A program made the translations under genes and the position numbers. Positions 1 to 7,070 of a stretch of DNA of 29,722 nucleotides are shown here, piece by piece. Position 1 is the first letter of the stretch. Every line of letters begins with the position of its first letter. Origin of the DNA: a virus (taxonomy: Duplodnaviria > Caudoviricetes); the IMG/VR virus record IMGVR_UViG_3300017784_003818, positions 1-29,722 of that record; one strand, 5' to 3'. Under the pieces are notes generated by a model that was given only the letters and a program-made list of their open reading frames with translations, was not told where the DNA came from and made no database searches.

Positions 1-110
1 CCGTCGGCCCCGTTACGGGCAACAACTTCATCGGCATCGTCTAGCGTTTCGCAAGCCCACAACTGGTCAGCAATCTCTATTTGACGCCGGGTCAGTCCCT
101 TGATAATCAT
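1..110 (-). CDS. Hypothetical protein, partial (runs off the left edge)
   Basis: ATG at 110 overlaps the upstream stop (ATGA). Open frame MIIKGLTRRQIEIADQLWACETLDDADEVVARNGAD to the edge; not in the ORF track. Confidence 0.65.
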   Translation of the reverse strand, partial: MIIKGLTRRQIEIADQLWACETLDDADEVVARNGAD

Positions 111-643
111 TCAGAATCCCGGGACTTGGCGTGTCGTGCAATGGCTGCTTCCAATGCTTCTTCGACGAACTGATTAAAAGTTATATCACGTTCGTGTGCC
201 AACTTCATATACTTCAACAGTTCTTCGTCTGTAAAGTCTACTGGCATACTAACACGAGTGTCATAGTCTTCACCTGTACAGATAGCGGCACCCTTTTCCA
301 GCATGTCGCTGGCAACATCTAGATCAATGTATAGAACATTGTCCCACGCTACTTTATTATCAACAGCACGGGCACGGCCTTCCCGATCAAATGCTCCTTG
401 CCAATCAGGATTGGTCCAGCGGTACGCTCGCGCATGAACATAGTCATGCGCTTCCATTTGATACACCACCTGCGTGGCAGTGTCAAACACAATGCTCAGG
501 CTGGGGTCTTGCTGTTCGCCGGCCCAGTGATCCATTCGGAATGCCTTGTTGCCAAAGCAGTCCCAACCGTACTCGCTACCTTCAGTGATACGGTATTCGA
601 TAACTTCCATAAAGTCGCGAATGGTGATTTGTTCTGTGTTCAT
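107..643 (-). CDS. Phage protein with C-terminal ribbon-helix-helix/HicB-like DNA-binding segment
   Basis: 178 aa ORF with RBS AGGAG. C-terminal LKYMKLAHERDITFNQFVEEALEAAI resembles an RHH motif. Confidence 0.65.
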   Translation of the reverse strand: MNTEQITIRDFMEVIEYRITEGSEYGWDCFGNKAFRMDHWAGEQQDPSLSIVFDTATQVVYQMEAHDYVHARAYRWTNPDWQGAFDREGRARAVDNKVAWDNVLYIDLDVASDMLEKGAAICTGEDYDTRVSMPVDFTDEELLKYMKLAHERDITFNQFVEEALEAAIARHAKSRDSE

Positions 644-786
644 ACTAGCTCCTGATTACGATTTTTGGGGTGACGTTGGTATTGCTTACGCGACTGTTCG
701 CGCCGCGGTTGGAACGGCAGCTCTTTGTCAAACAGCACACGATGTGCTCGAGTGCGCAGCTGGGGAATCTTAACAATGATCTTCAT
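640..786 (-). CDS. Small basic hypothetical protein (48 aa)
   Basis: Start moved to ATG 786, which follows RBS AAGGAG and lies downstream of the promoter at 814-842. ATGA overlap with the next gene. Confidence 0.6.
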   Translation of the reverse strand: MKIIVKIPQLRTRAHRVLFDKELPFQPRREQSRKQYQRHPKNRNQELV

Positions 787-813
787 CTCGCGTTCTCCTT
801 GTTGTTCAGCAGC

Positions 814-842
814 ATTATACACTAGGGATCGTTTGTTGTCAA
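814..842 (-). promoter_or_regulatory. sigma70-type early promoter
   Basis: TTGACA-N17-TATAAT, exact consensus. Confidence 0.85.
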
Positions 843-845
843 CTG

Positions 846-1055
846 TTAATCAATTTGAATGTCAGCAATGCGTTCCTCGCGGAACACAAAATAGAAGTTT
901 ATGGGCACACTGCTACCCCAAGCAACCCAAACACATTGATTCCCGGGCGACATGGTGTAGTGCTGGGCGGGATACTTGTTCTGCATGTAGTCCAACACGG
1001 TGAGCATTTCAAACTCGTTGATCCGATCACCATCTAGGATTCTAACTTGGCTCAC
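846..1055 (-). CDS. Hypothetical protein (69 aa)
   Basis: Likely GTG start at 1055 after GGAGG, overlapping the upstream stop (GTGA). Reads MSQVRILDGD... Confidence 0.6.
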   Translation of the reverse strand: MSQVRILDGDRINEFEMLTVLDYMQNKYPAQHYTMSPGNQCVWVAWGSSVPINFYFVFREERIADIQID

Positions 1056-1213
1056 ATGCCTCCACGCAGAGCTTGGTCGGTGCTGCTCACTTGCAGGTTC
1101 CACGCCAACTTTGCGGCACGGGCGTTAAACTGCGCCATCAACACATCTGCCAACTTGGCCAGATCTACGTTTGAAAGCTGTGCAATTTCTATCGCCAATG
1201 TTTCGATCTCCAT
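1052..1213 (-). CDS. Small helical hypothetical protein (53 aa), not in the ORF track
   Basis: MEIETLAIEIAQLSNVDLAKLADVLMAQFNARAAKLAWNLQVSSTDQALRGGM, with RBS AGGAG and its own promoter at 1246-1274. Confidence 0.7.
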   Translation of the reverse strand: MEIETLAIEIAQLSNVDLAKLADVLMAQFNARAAKLAWNLQVSSTDQALRGGM

Positions 1214-1245
1214 CTTTTGCTCCTAATTGCTAACTGTATAAAACT

Positions 1246-1274
1246 ATTATAGCAGAACAGAAATTATTGGTCAA
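1246..1274 (-). promoter_or_regulatory. sigma70-type early promoter
   Basis: TTGACC-N17-TATAAT. Confidence 0.8.
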
Positions 1275-1821
1275 CCGGTGCATGCTGTTCGCACAAGGTC
1301 TTGATCCAGCCCCGGCCGCGCAGCTCGCCCGGAGTGCCGCATCTTTCACAAGTGACGCCGGACATGGATTCTGCCATATCCACTAAGCCGGCCACAAACT
1401 CATCACCTCCGGAGTAGTAGAACCTTAGGGTCCCGAACTTTTCTTTTACTTGGATAGCCACCACCTGCTGAACAATTTCGGGAACTTCCCTGTACTCGGC
1501 ATTCTGAATTTGTTTATTGATGCGATTGCTGATCCAGTGATCAGTTGAAACTGCCCGATTGTCAAAATACAAATTAGTGATGCTGGTGCGATCTCCGGCA
1601 ATGGCTCGCTTTAGTGCTCGATTAAATCGCAAAGCTCGGGCACGTTCTTTCCGGCCCCAGTCGATGTGGCGTTGAATATTGTTGCACAGTTTATCAACAA
1701 TATTGTACCAGCCGTTATCTATTTCAAATCCCCAGATGCATGTTTGAGTCAGCACGGTGTGGGGATTACGAAAAATCTTCGGATACTTGTCAAAAAGTCG
1801 ATTGTCGAGTTCGTTTTGCAT
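1264..1821 (-). CDS. Conserved phage hypothetical protein with C-terminal Zn-ribbon
   Basis: QVKEKFGTLRFY motif followed by CERC...LCEQH; RBS AGGAG. Confidence 0.75.
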   Translation of the reverse strand: MQNELDNRLFDKYPKIFRNPHTVLTQTCIWGFEIDNGWYNIVDKLCNNIQRHIDWGRKERARALRFNRALKRAIAGDRTSITNLYFDNRAVSTDHWISNRINKQIQNAEYREVPEIVQQVVAIQVKEKFGTLRFYYSGGDEFVAGLVDMAESMSGVTCERCGTPGELRGRGWIKTLCEQHAPVDQ

Positions 1822-1839
1822 TGCTGGACTCTCCTATTA

Positions 1840-2199
1840 TTAAGCTTGCACAATGTAGAGCTGGTTCCACTTGCCGATGTTGATATCAACATACCAGCCC
1901 ACATCAAAGTAGTCGGTCATTGCATCACTGCGGTTGTGATTTCCAGTGTTCATGGCAGCAAGGACCTCTGCCAGGAACTTCTTGGCCTTACCTGAGTAAT
2001 GACTACCGTAGTGGTAGGGGTTAACCTGTTCGTACCCTGACGTTTCGTTGCCGATGAAGTCGATAGCTCCGGACTTGATATTCAAGCACAGGGTACTATG
2101 ATTTCGAACACTGAGCGATCCCTTGACACCGTACTTTTTCAGGATAGCCTTGATCTTGGGTGCAATTGCCGCTTTGGTTGCTTGGTTCACATAAGCCAT
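1840..2199 (-). CDS. Early phage protein, possibly related to polyvalent-protein LPD29-type domains
   Basis: 119 aa with C-terminal NRSDAMTDYFDVGWY; has its own promoter and leader. Family assignment is tentative. Confidence 0.65.
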   Translation of the reverse strand: MAYVNQATKAAIAPKIKAILKKYGVKGSLSVRNHSTLCLNIKSGAIDFIGNETSGYEQVNPYHYGSHYSGKAKKFLAEVLAAMNTGNHNRSDAMTDYFDVGWYVDINIGKWNQLYIVQA

Positions 2200-2205
2200 T
2201 TCGTA

Positions 2206-2237
2206 CTCCGTTTTGCTACAGTAAAAACATTATAACA
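2206..2237 (-). repeat. Promoter -10/leader/RBS repeat, copy 1
   Basis: ctccgttttgctacagtaaaaacattataaca is identical (32 nt) to 2922-2953. Confidence 0.9.
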
Positions 2238-2257
2238 CGAGTTGAATTTCGTGTCAA
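2229..2257 (-). promoter_or_regulatory. sigma70-type early promoter
   Basis: TTGACA-N17-TATAAT, exact consensus. Confidence 0.85.
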
Positions 2258-2267
2258 CCGTAATCTC

Positions 2268-2915
2268 TTAGCCCCAGACCAATCCAAAACGCTTGGCACA
2301 CACCGGGCCGTAACCAACTTGAGTGCTACGATCATCCTTCAAGCCATGATTGCAAAAACTGCAGCCGCCTGTGAGCCTGCCGTACTTGCCAGCAGTTCCT
2401 GCTGGGTCTTCGCTGAACTCTTTCACTAGCTCACACACTTCTTGCGTGGCGTTGCGGGTAGCAAAGAACTCGCCCGTAACATCAATGCGCCCAAAGAACT
2501 TGTTCTCGCCAAAGGGCAAGCCGTCTGTGATCATGACTTGCCCGGCATACTTGCTCATCGGGCCAGCACGATTAAACACCACGGCCTGTCCGCCTACAGC
2601 TTGCAGCTTGACCTTGATGCGCTTGAGCGTCTTGCCGGCCAGGTCGAACATGTCTTGAATGTTCTTGAAATCCACTGTGACCTGCGCAATAGGAGCCTGC
2701 TTGGGAGCAAGGCCACGAGCAGTCAGAGTCTCGACCCAGTGCAATTGTTTTTCACTCAGCCGACCCCACTGCGCGAAGTTGCCCAGCAGGTCGTTTGCGA
2801 ACTTGGCGTCGCCATAGCCCAGCGCAGGCAGCACGGCCCGCAGTGCATCCACTGCCGGGACTTGTTCAGGGTTGGCTTGACGCTGCACAGGCTTGCGATA
2901 GTTAGCATACATCAT
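2268..2915 (-). CDS. DUF6011-like Zn-finger domain protein
   Basis: C-terminal CSFCNHGLKDDRSTQVGYGPVCAKR matches the CxxC-L-D-S-G-GP-C pattern. Confidence 0.7.
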   Translation of the reverse strand: MMYANYRKPVQRQANPEQVPAVDALRAVLPALGYGDAKFANDLLGNFAQWGRLSEKQLHWVETLTARGLAPKQAPIAQVTVDFKNIQDMFDLAGKTLKRIKVKLQAVGGQAVVFNRAGPMSKYAGQVMITDGLPFGENKFFGRIDVTGEFFATRNATQEVCELVKEFSEDPAGTAGKYGRLTGGCSFCNHGLKDDRSTQVGYGPVCAKRFGLVWG

Positions 2916-2953
2916 TTCTTGCTCCGTTTTGCTACAGTAAAAACATTATAACA
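2913..2953 (-). repeat. Promoter -10/leader/RBS repeat, copy 2
   Basis: 2913-2950 matches 3288-3325 at 37/38 nt; 2922-2953 is identical to 2206-2237. Confidence 0.9.
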
Positions 2954-2973
2954 GGGTTTGATTTATTGGTCAA
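2945..2973 (-). promoter_or_regulatory. sigma70-type early promoter
   Basis: TTGACC-N17-TATAAT; the -35 box contains the TGA stop of the upstream gene. Confidence 0.8.
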
Positions 2974-3290
2974 CCAGCAGTCCGGGGCCAGGGGATAGCC
3001 CTGGCATCAATACGCGCATTAATCATCGAGCTCAAGCCTTCCAGGCTAATGGGATAGCCGCCTTCTTTGAGAAACTTACGAAACTGCAGGGCAACATAGC
3101 CCTTGGATTCCAGGATCTTCAGCGGAGCTTGTCCCCGGTCCAGCTGCGCAAAGTACTCTTCCACAGTGAACTTTGAGCACAAGAAATTCAGGAAACTAGC
3201 ACGGCCGCCACGCTTGAATCGCGCGACAAACTTGCCCCCGTAAGCAGCATATTCGCCAACGCTGAACTCAGACTTGATAAATTTGCTCAT
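2970..3290 (-). CDS. Hypothetical early protein (106 aa)
   Basis: ORF with RBS GGAG and its own promoter. Confidence 0.7.
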   Translation of the reverse strand: MSKFIKSEFSVGEYAAYGGKFVARFKRGGRASFLNFLCSKFTVEEYFAQLDRGQAPLKILESKGYVALQFRKFLKEGGYPISLEGLSSMINARIDARAIPWPRTAG

Positions 3291-3325
3291 TTCTTGCTCC
3301 GTTTTGCTACAGTAAATACATTATA
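3288..3325 (-). repeat. Promoter -10/leader/RBS repeat, copy 3
   Basis: catttcttgctccgttttgctacagtaaatacattata, one mismatch to copy 2. Confidence 0.9.
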
Positions 3326-3348
3326 GCATAAGTGCCATTTTGAGTCAA
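3320..3348 (-). promoter_or_regulatory. sigma70-type early promoter
   Basis: TTGACT-N17-TATAAT; the -35 box contains the stop of the GIY-YIG gene. Confidence 0.8.
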
Positions 3349-3674
3349 CCGTTTGCTCGCACCCGCACATCAGTGTTCAGGTTGGGTGCAAGCTCGCGAA
3401 TCATCTCGCGTTCAGCAGCATGAGCAGCGGCCTTGCCGCGCAGCACGTCGATCACAAGAACTGCAAAGGCTTCAGTGCCCTGCTTGCGCATAGCTTCGTA
3501 CAGCAGCCAGCTCTTGTCCTCGCTACGTGAGCGATAGATGTGCTTGTTGAAACGAGTCTGCGCTGACTTCTGCACAGTAGTTTCAGTCTTTGCAGTGACC
3601 CCAATGTAGAAGTCGCTGCCCGAAACTAAGGCATACACAATGTGGGTACGATCTGAACGCTTTTTTCTAACCAT
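3345..3674 (-). CDS. GIY-YIG nuclease, catalytic domain only
   Basis: HIVY...FYIGVT, RFNKH, catalytic-type E in AAEREMI and C-terminal LN; 109 aa. Confidence 0.75.
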   Translation of the reverse strand: MVRKKRSDRTHIVYALVSGSDFYIGVTAKTETTVQKSAQTRFNKHIYRSRSEDKSWLLYEAMRKQGTEAFAVLVIDVLRGKAAAHAAEREMIRELAPNLNTDVRVRANG

Positions 3675-3680
3675 GTAACC

Positions 3681-3709
3681 ATTATAGCACAGGATGAATT
3701 AATGGTCGA
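3681..3709 (-). promoter_or_regulatory. sigma70-type promoter, probably giving a leaderless GIY-YIG mRNA
   Basis: TCGACC-N17-TATAAT; only 6 nt separate the -10 box from the ATG, and there is no RBS. Confidence 0.65.
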
Positions 3710-3756
3710 CCGCTGAACTTTTGGTTCTTACCCCGAAGAACTTCGATCAAGTGCCC

Positions 3757-3785
3757 AGTATAGCACAGGATGAATTAATTGTCAA
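3757..3785 (-). promoter_or_regulatory. sigma70-type promoter, tandem duplicate
   Basis: TTGACA-N17-TATACT; the 21-nt tatagcacaggatgaattaat is identical at 3683-3703 and 3759-3779. Confidence 0.75.
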
Positions 3786-3798
3786 CCACAGAACTTGC

Positions 3799-4791
3799 CT
3801 AAGAATTCGCCGAACAAGATGTAACGCAGGCATACAATCTTCCTTCGGCTATACTAGATTTATTCCAAGTCTCTTCTACAGTATCGAACCATTTGATGCA
3901 TTCTTCTATAGGGTATTCAAGAGCATTATTTCGTTTGACTAGGATCTTGAGTTGTTCATTTCCCGGGTGATGCATTGTTTGTGGATAGTATCCAAGATAA
4001 CAACATGGATATATTTCGCCATTGGCTGCGATGTACAATTCTTTGCGAACTTTATGCTGACAACTAATATTAAGTGGAGTAGTATCTTTGGATGATTTAA
4101 ATGTTTTAGAATCATACCAAGTTATGTGACTTTGTACCATGGGTTTTATATCGGGCACATGATCATGCCAGGGCTCGCCTAACCAATGTGTGAAATCCCC
4201 GGCCCGTGTGTATACAGGCCCGTTGTCACGGCCTTGGTTAATATAATCAAATGACACAAACCCCAAATCCTTGGCCATTTGCCTGCATTCGGTTTCTTGA
4301 TGTAAATTATGCCCGAACGCAATAAATCTCCAACTAGCGTTACCGCCGGCAGCAATAAAAGCCTGCGCATTTTTAATTATGCTATTCCAGTCGGTGTTAA
4401 GGCGATATAATGAATGGGTATCGGCTAGTCCATCTAGTGCAAAACCAATTTGTACTTTTGGATGGGCAAGCTGAGCCCACCAACCAGGTGTTCTCATAGA
4501 TCCATTAGTGTGAATTCGAGTCAAGGCATTATGTTCAATGAAATACTCGACTATCTCAAGTGCATCTTTGGCTAGCCCAAAATCTCCCAAGTTACCATTA
4601 ACTAGTACCCGTTTATTTTTTATAAATTCTGGTGGTAAGATTTTTTTAATATCGGCTAGGGATAGTTCAGTAGTTGGATAGCCGCTGTTGTAGTCCGAGC
4701 CTCGATAGTTCCTCATACACATCGGGCACCGAGCATTACAACGAGTAGTTAATTCTATGTGAAGTGATTCTATATCTGAAATTATTAACAC
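3799..4791 (-). CDS. Radical SAM protein with SPASM/twitch-like C-terminus
   Basis: CNARCPMC (CxxxCxxC), HTNG, YIAANGEIYPCC and a C-terminal CxxxC. Confidence 0.85.
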   Translation of the reverse strand: MLIISDIESLHIELTTRCNARCPMCMRNYRGSDYNSGYPTTELSLADIKKILPPEFIKNKRVLVNGNLGDFGLAKDALEIVEYFIEHNALTRIHTNGSMRTPGWWAQLAHPKVQIGFALDGLADTHSLYRLNTDWNSIIKNAQAFIAAGGNASWRFIAFGHNLHQETECRQMAKDLGFVSFDYINQGRDNGPVYTRAGDFTHWLGEPWHDHVPDIKPMVQSHITWYDSKTFKSSKDTTPLNISCQHKVRKELYIAANGEIYPCCYLGYYPQTMHHPGNEQLKILVKRNNALEYPIEECIKWFDTVEETWNKSSIAEGRLYACVTSCSANS

Positions 4792-4795
4792 GGAA

Positions 4796-4803
4796 TATTT
4801 ATA
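4796..4803 (-). promoter_or_regulatory. T4-type late promoter
   Basis: TATAAATA 4 nt upstream of the GTG start of the radical SAM gene. Confidence 0.6.
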
Positions 4804-4827
4804 GGCACCTATAGTCCGGTAATCAAT

Positions 4828-5658
4828 TTAATCATTTGATGCAGCACCGCACTTGGCCCTTTTCGCCTTTGTAAGAGCACCAAAGTCTACCGGCCATTCT
4901 GTGCCGGGCTGCAATTCAACCGCAGCATTAGGGAATGCAAATTGCACGCCCGCTACTGATTCAATCTGTGTAACCGGCAAGCGGAACTTGGTCAAGTCAT
5001 TGCCCAAGTTGGGATAAGGAGCCATGTGCGGGAATGCCCATCCGGCTATCTCGTTGGTTTGATTGTTGATTACGATCTTGTAAAACCCATTTGGAACCAC
5101 AACCCCAGAGCCAATTTTCATATTCTTTGCATCGTACACCCCGCCCACGTACACCGTGTAGCTTTGATTACGTTGAACCGCCCATCCACGAATGCTGGTC
5201 TCGAGCAGTTTCCAGATGCCACGATTCAGGGAACCGGCCTGCGGGCTCATGTTGGTCATCAAGAATGATTCAAACTCTACCTGTACATTCCAAGATAGAT
5301 CTCCGTCCGGTGACATATGACCTTTATCGTAGCCAGTGCCGATATAATCAGCAGGGGTGGCTCCTCCTGCAACTGATTGATCGGTGGCAAAGGCATTAGT
5401 GCGAGCAACACAGCCAAGAGCATTTTGTGGAAGTAACTCATATGTTACATATTTAGGCAGCTTGGCTGCTGCATCATACCCTACTAAATAGGCTTGCCGG
5501 CAAATTGGCTGTACGCCTGTGGTCTGTGGGAACCCATAAGGAGCATGAACCTTACAAGTCTGTGGGTCTTGTGGGGCACGTTGTGTCCAGGCTGTTGCGC
5601 CGGGTGTGCCTGTTGCGGCAACAATCGCTACTGCTAACAATATTAGAAATTGTCTCAT
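4828..5658 (-). CDS. Secreted DNA/RNA non-specific endonuclease (Serratia NucA/EndoG family)
   Basis: Signal-peptide-like N-terminus; YDKGHMSP (DRGH motif); TNMSPQ..LNRGIWKLLE; VPNGFYKIV. Confidence 0.9.
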   Translation of the reverse strand: MRQFLILLAVAIVAATGTPGATAWTQRAPQDPQTCKVHAPYGFPQTTGVQPICRQAYLVGYDAAAKLPKYVTYELLPQNALGCVARTNAFATDQSVAGGATPADYIGTGYDKGHMSPDGDLSWNVQVEFESFLMTNMSPQAGSLNRGIWKLLETSIRGWAVQRNQSYTVYVGGVYDAKNMKIGSGVVVPNGFYKIVINNQTNEIAGWAFPHMAPYPNLGNDLTKFRLPVTQIESVAGVQFAFPNAAVELQPGTEWPVDFGALTKAKRAKCGAASND

Positions 5659-5697
5659 GCTTGCTGTGCCCTTAAAGTTAAAAGGGTCAGCTACTGT

Positions 5698-5823
5698 TTA
5701 CATGGAATCAATAATTCCGTGGGAATTTAGGTATGCATCTAATCGTGCTTGATAAGAGCTATCTGGAAACATTTCAGCCAACCGTTGTAGCATATTTAGC
5801 ATGGTGGTTGTTATGGATTTCAT
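5698..5823 (-). CDS. Small DUF3563-like protein, possibly C-terminally truncated
   Basis: MKSITTTMLNMLQRLAEMFPDSSYQARLDAYLNSHGIIDSM resembles the N-terminal two-thirds of the neighbour at 5912-6082. Confidence 0.4.
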   Translation of the reverse strand: MKSITTTMLNMLQRLAEMFPDSSYQARLDAYLNSHGIIDSM

Positions 5824-5911
5824 GATAGTTAGTACAGCTTGCTTATATGGCGAGAAGCCCGGATCTCTCCCCATGCTTCTAAAAAGTGCCAAATGGCCTT
5901 GATTACTGTCT

Positions 5912-6082
5912 TCATAGTATCCAGCCTTGGCCGCGAGTCATCTTGCGATCGTATTCTTTGACCCAGTATTCCATTTCTATCACCGAGGTTGGCTTTTTGC
6001 TGAGCACGAACCTATCAAGCTCATTTGAATAACTTGCCGATGAAAAAAAACGATCGAAAAATTTGATTAAGATTGCTAACAT
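5912..6082 (-). CDS. Small DUF3563-like protein
   Basis: Likely start MLAILIKFF after AAGGA; pattern of F..FF, LDRFVLS and EMEYWVKEYDR. Confidence 0.55.
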   Translation of the reverse strand: MLAILIKFFDRFFSSASYSNELDRFVLSKKPTSVIEMEYWVKEYDRKMTRGQGWIL

Positions 6083-6129
6083 GATGTGTCCTTTGTTAAG
6101 TATGCAGAAACTCATGGTTTCTACTTAGT

Positions 6130-6137
6130 TATTTATG
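6130..6137 (-). promoter_or_regulatory. Late-promoter-like motif
   Basis: Intergenic CATAAATA. Confidence 0.45.
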
Positions 6138-6159
6138 TTGCGACGCAACATACTAAAGA

Positions 6160-6531
6160 TTATTGATTGCGGGGTTCGACTAAATCAATCCAAGCTCGAA
6201 GGTCGCCGTGTAGAGTAGCCATAACAGCATCTCGACTGCTAAAGAACACCACACAGGTTCGACTTATGTAGTAAGGCCAAGTAAGACGCTGATCCAAGGC
6301 CAGCATGAACTGCTTGTTTAAAGTTTTACGTGGGTCTTCGATTGCTACTGACCAAGACTCAATCTCCAAGAGATCATGCAGCATACAGTATCCATGATCC
6401 GTAAGTCTGAGGCCACCAGTGCTGCGTATGTTCGCCCACCAAGTGACCATGGCCCGATCGACAGTCTCACGCCGAGCCTCGGGCACCAAGTCAATCAGCT
6501 TGCTTACTATTTCAAGTTTTCGATTTCTCAT
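6160..6531 (-). CDS. Conserved phage hypothetical protein
   Basis: 123 aa with WWANIRSTGGLRLTDHG; overlaps the upstream gene. Confidence 0.7.
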   Translation of the reverse strand: MRNRKLEIVSKLIDLVPEARRETVDRAMVTWWANIRSTGGLRLTDHGYCMLHDLLEIESWSVAIEDPRKTLNKQFMLALDQRLTWPYYISRTCVVFFSSRDAVMATLHGDLRAWIDLVEPRNQ

Positions 6532-6817
6532 TGGGGAATATCTGCTCCCCTTGTGTCAACAGTACTACTGAAAACTTGTCAGTTTTGAACTGGATATTGA
6601 GCTTCTTGGCCAAGTTTATAGCATGCCCTTGATTGGGGAAGCTGACTTTTTTATACTTGGGACCCGGGTACTGCACCAGTAGGTTACTGGTTTTTAAGTT
6701 GATGGGCTGGCGGTCAAAGAATACAGCCCAGACTCCTTCGGCTGCTAATACTTGCTCGGTCTTGTATGTACTACGATTAGTTACTTCAACAAGTACAGTT
6801 GGTCTGGGTCGGCTCAT
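6512..6817 (-). CDS. Conserved phage hypothetical protein
   Basis: ATG 6817 after AGGAG; PGPKYKKVSFPNQGHAINLAKKLN. Confidence 0.75.
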   Translation of the reverse strand: MSRPRPTVLVEVTNRSTYKTEQVLAAEGVWAVFFDRQPINLKTSNLLVQYPGPKYKKVSFPNQGHAINLAKKLNIQFKTDKFSVVLLTQGEQIFPNEKSKT

Positions 6818-6834
6818 CAATAAACTCCTACATT

Positions 6835-6842
6835 TATTTATG
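6835..6842 (-). promoter_or_regulatory. Late-promoter-like motif
   Basis: CATAAATA just upstream of the RBS. Confidence 0.5.
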
Positions 6843-6857
6843 AGCCAACTTCAGGGG

Positions 6858-7070
6858 CTAAAAGGTACCGCCCTCGACCTCAACTGAGATAACGTTGGTT
6901 GTTGGTGCAGCAGCCTGTCCTCGCTCTTGTAGTACCTGCACAGCCAACAGCAGCTTGGTAATATCAGCATGCAGGTCCCGGGCGTCAGTCATGGACATTG
7001 TGAGGTCACGCAGGCTGCGGCTTTCTGTAGCCTTGATCTTATCGATAAATTTGTTAATATGAATACTCAT
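6858..7070 (-). CDS. Hypothetical protein (70 aa)
   Basis: Start MSIHINKF at 7070 forms an ATGA overlap with the upstream stop. Confidence 0.7.
   Translation of the reverse strand: MSIHINKFIDKIKATESRSLRDLTMSMTDARDLHADITKLLLAVQVLQERGQAAAPTTNVISVEVEGGTF

Noticed and set aside
2206-3325. CRISPR-like array from the 32-38 nt repeats
   Set aside because: The copies are hundreds of bases apart, are separated by whole genes, and coincide with the -10 box, leader and RBS.
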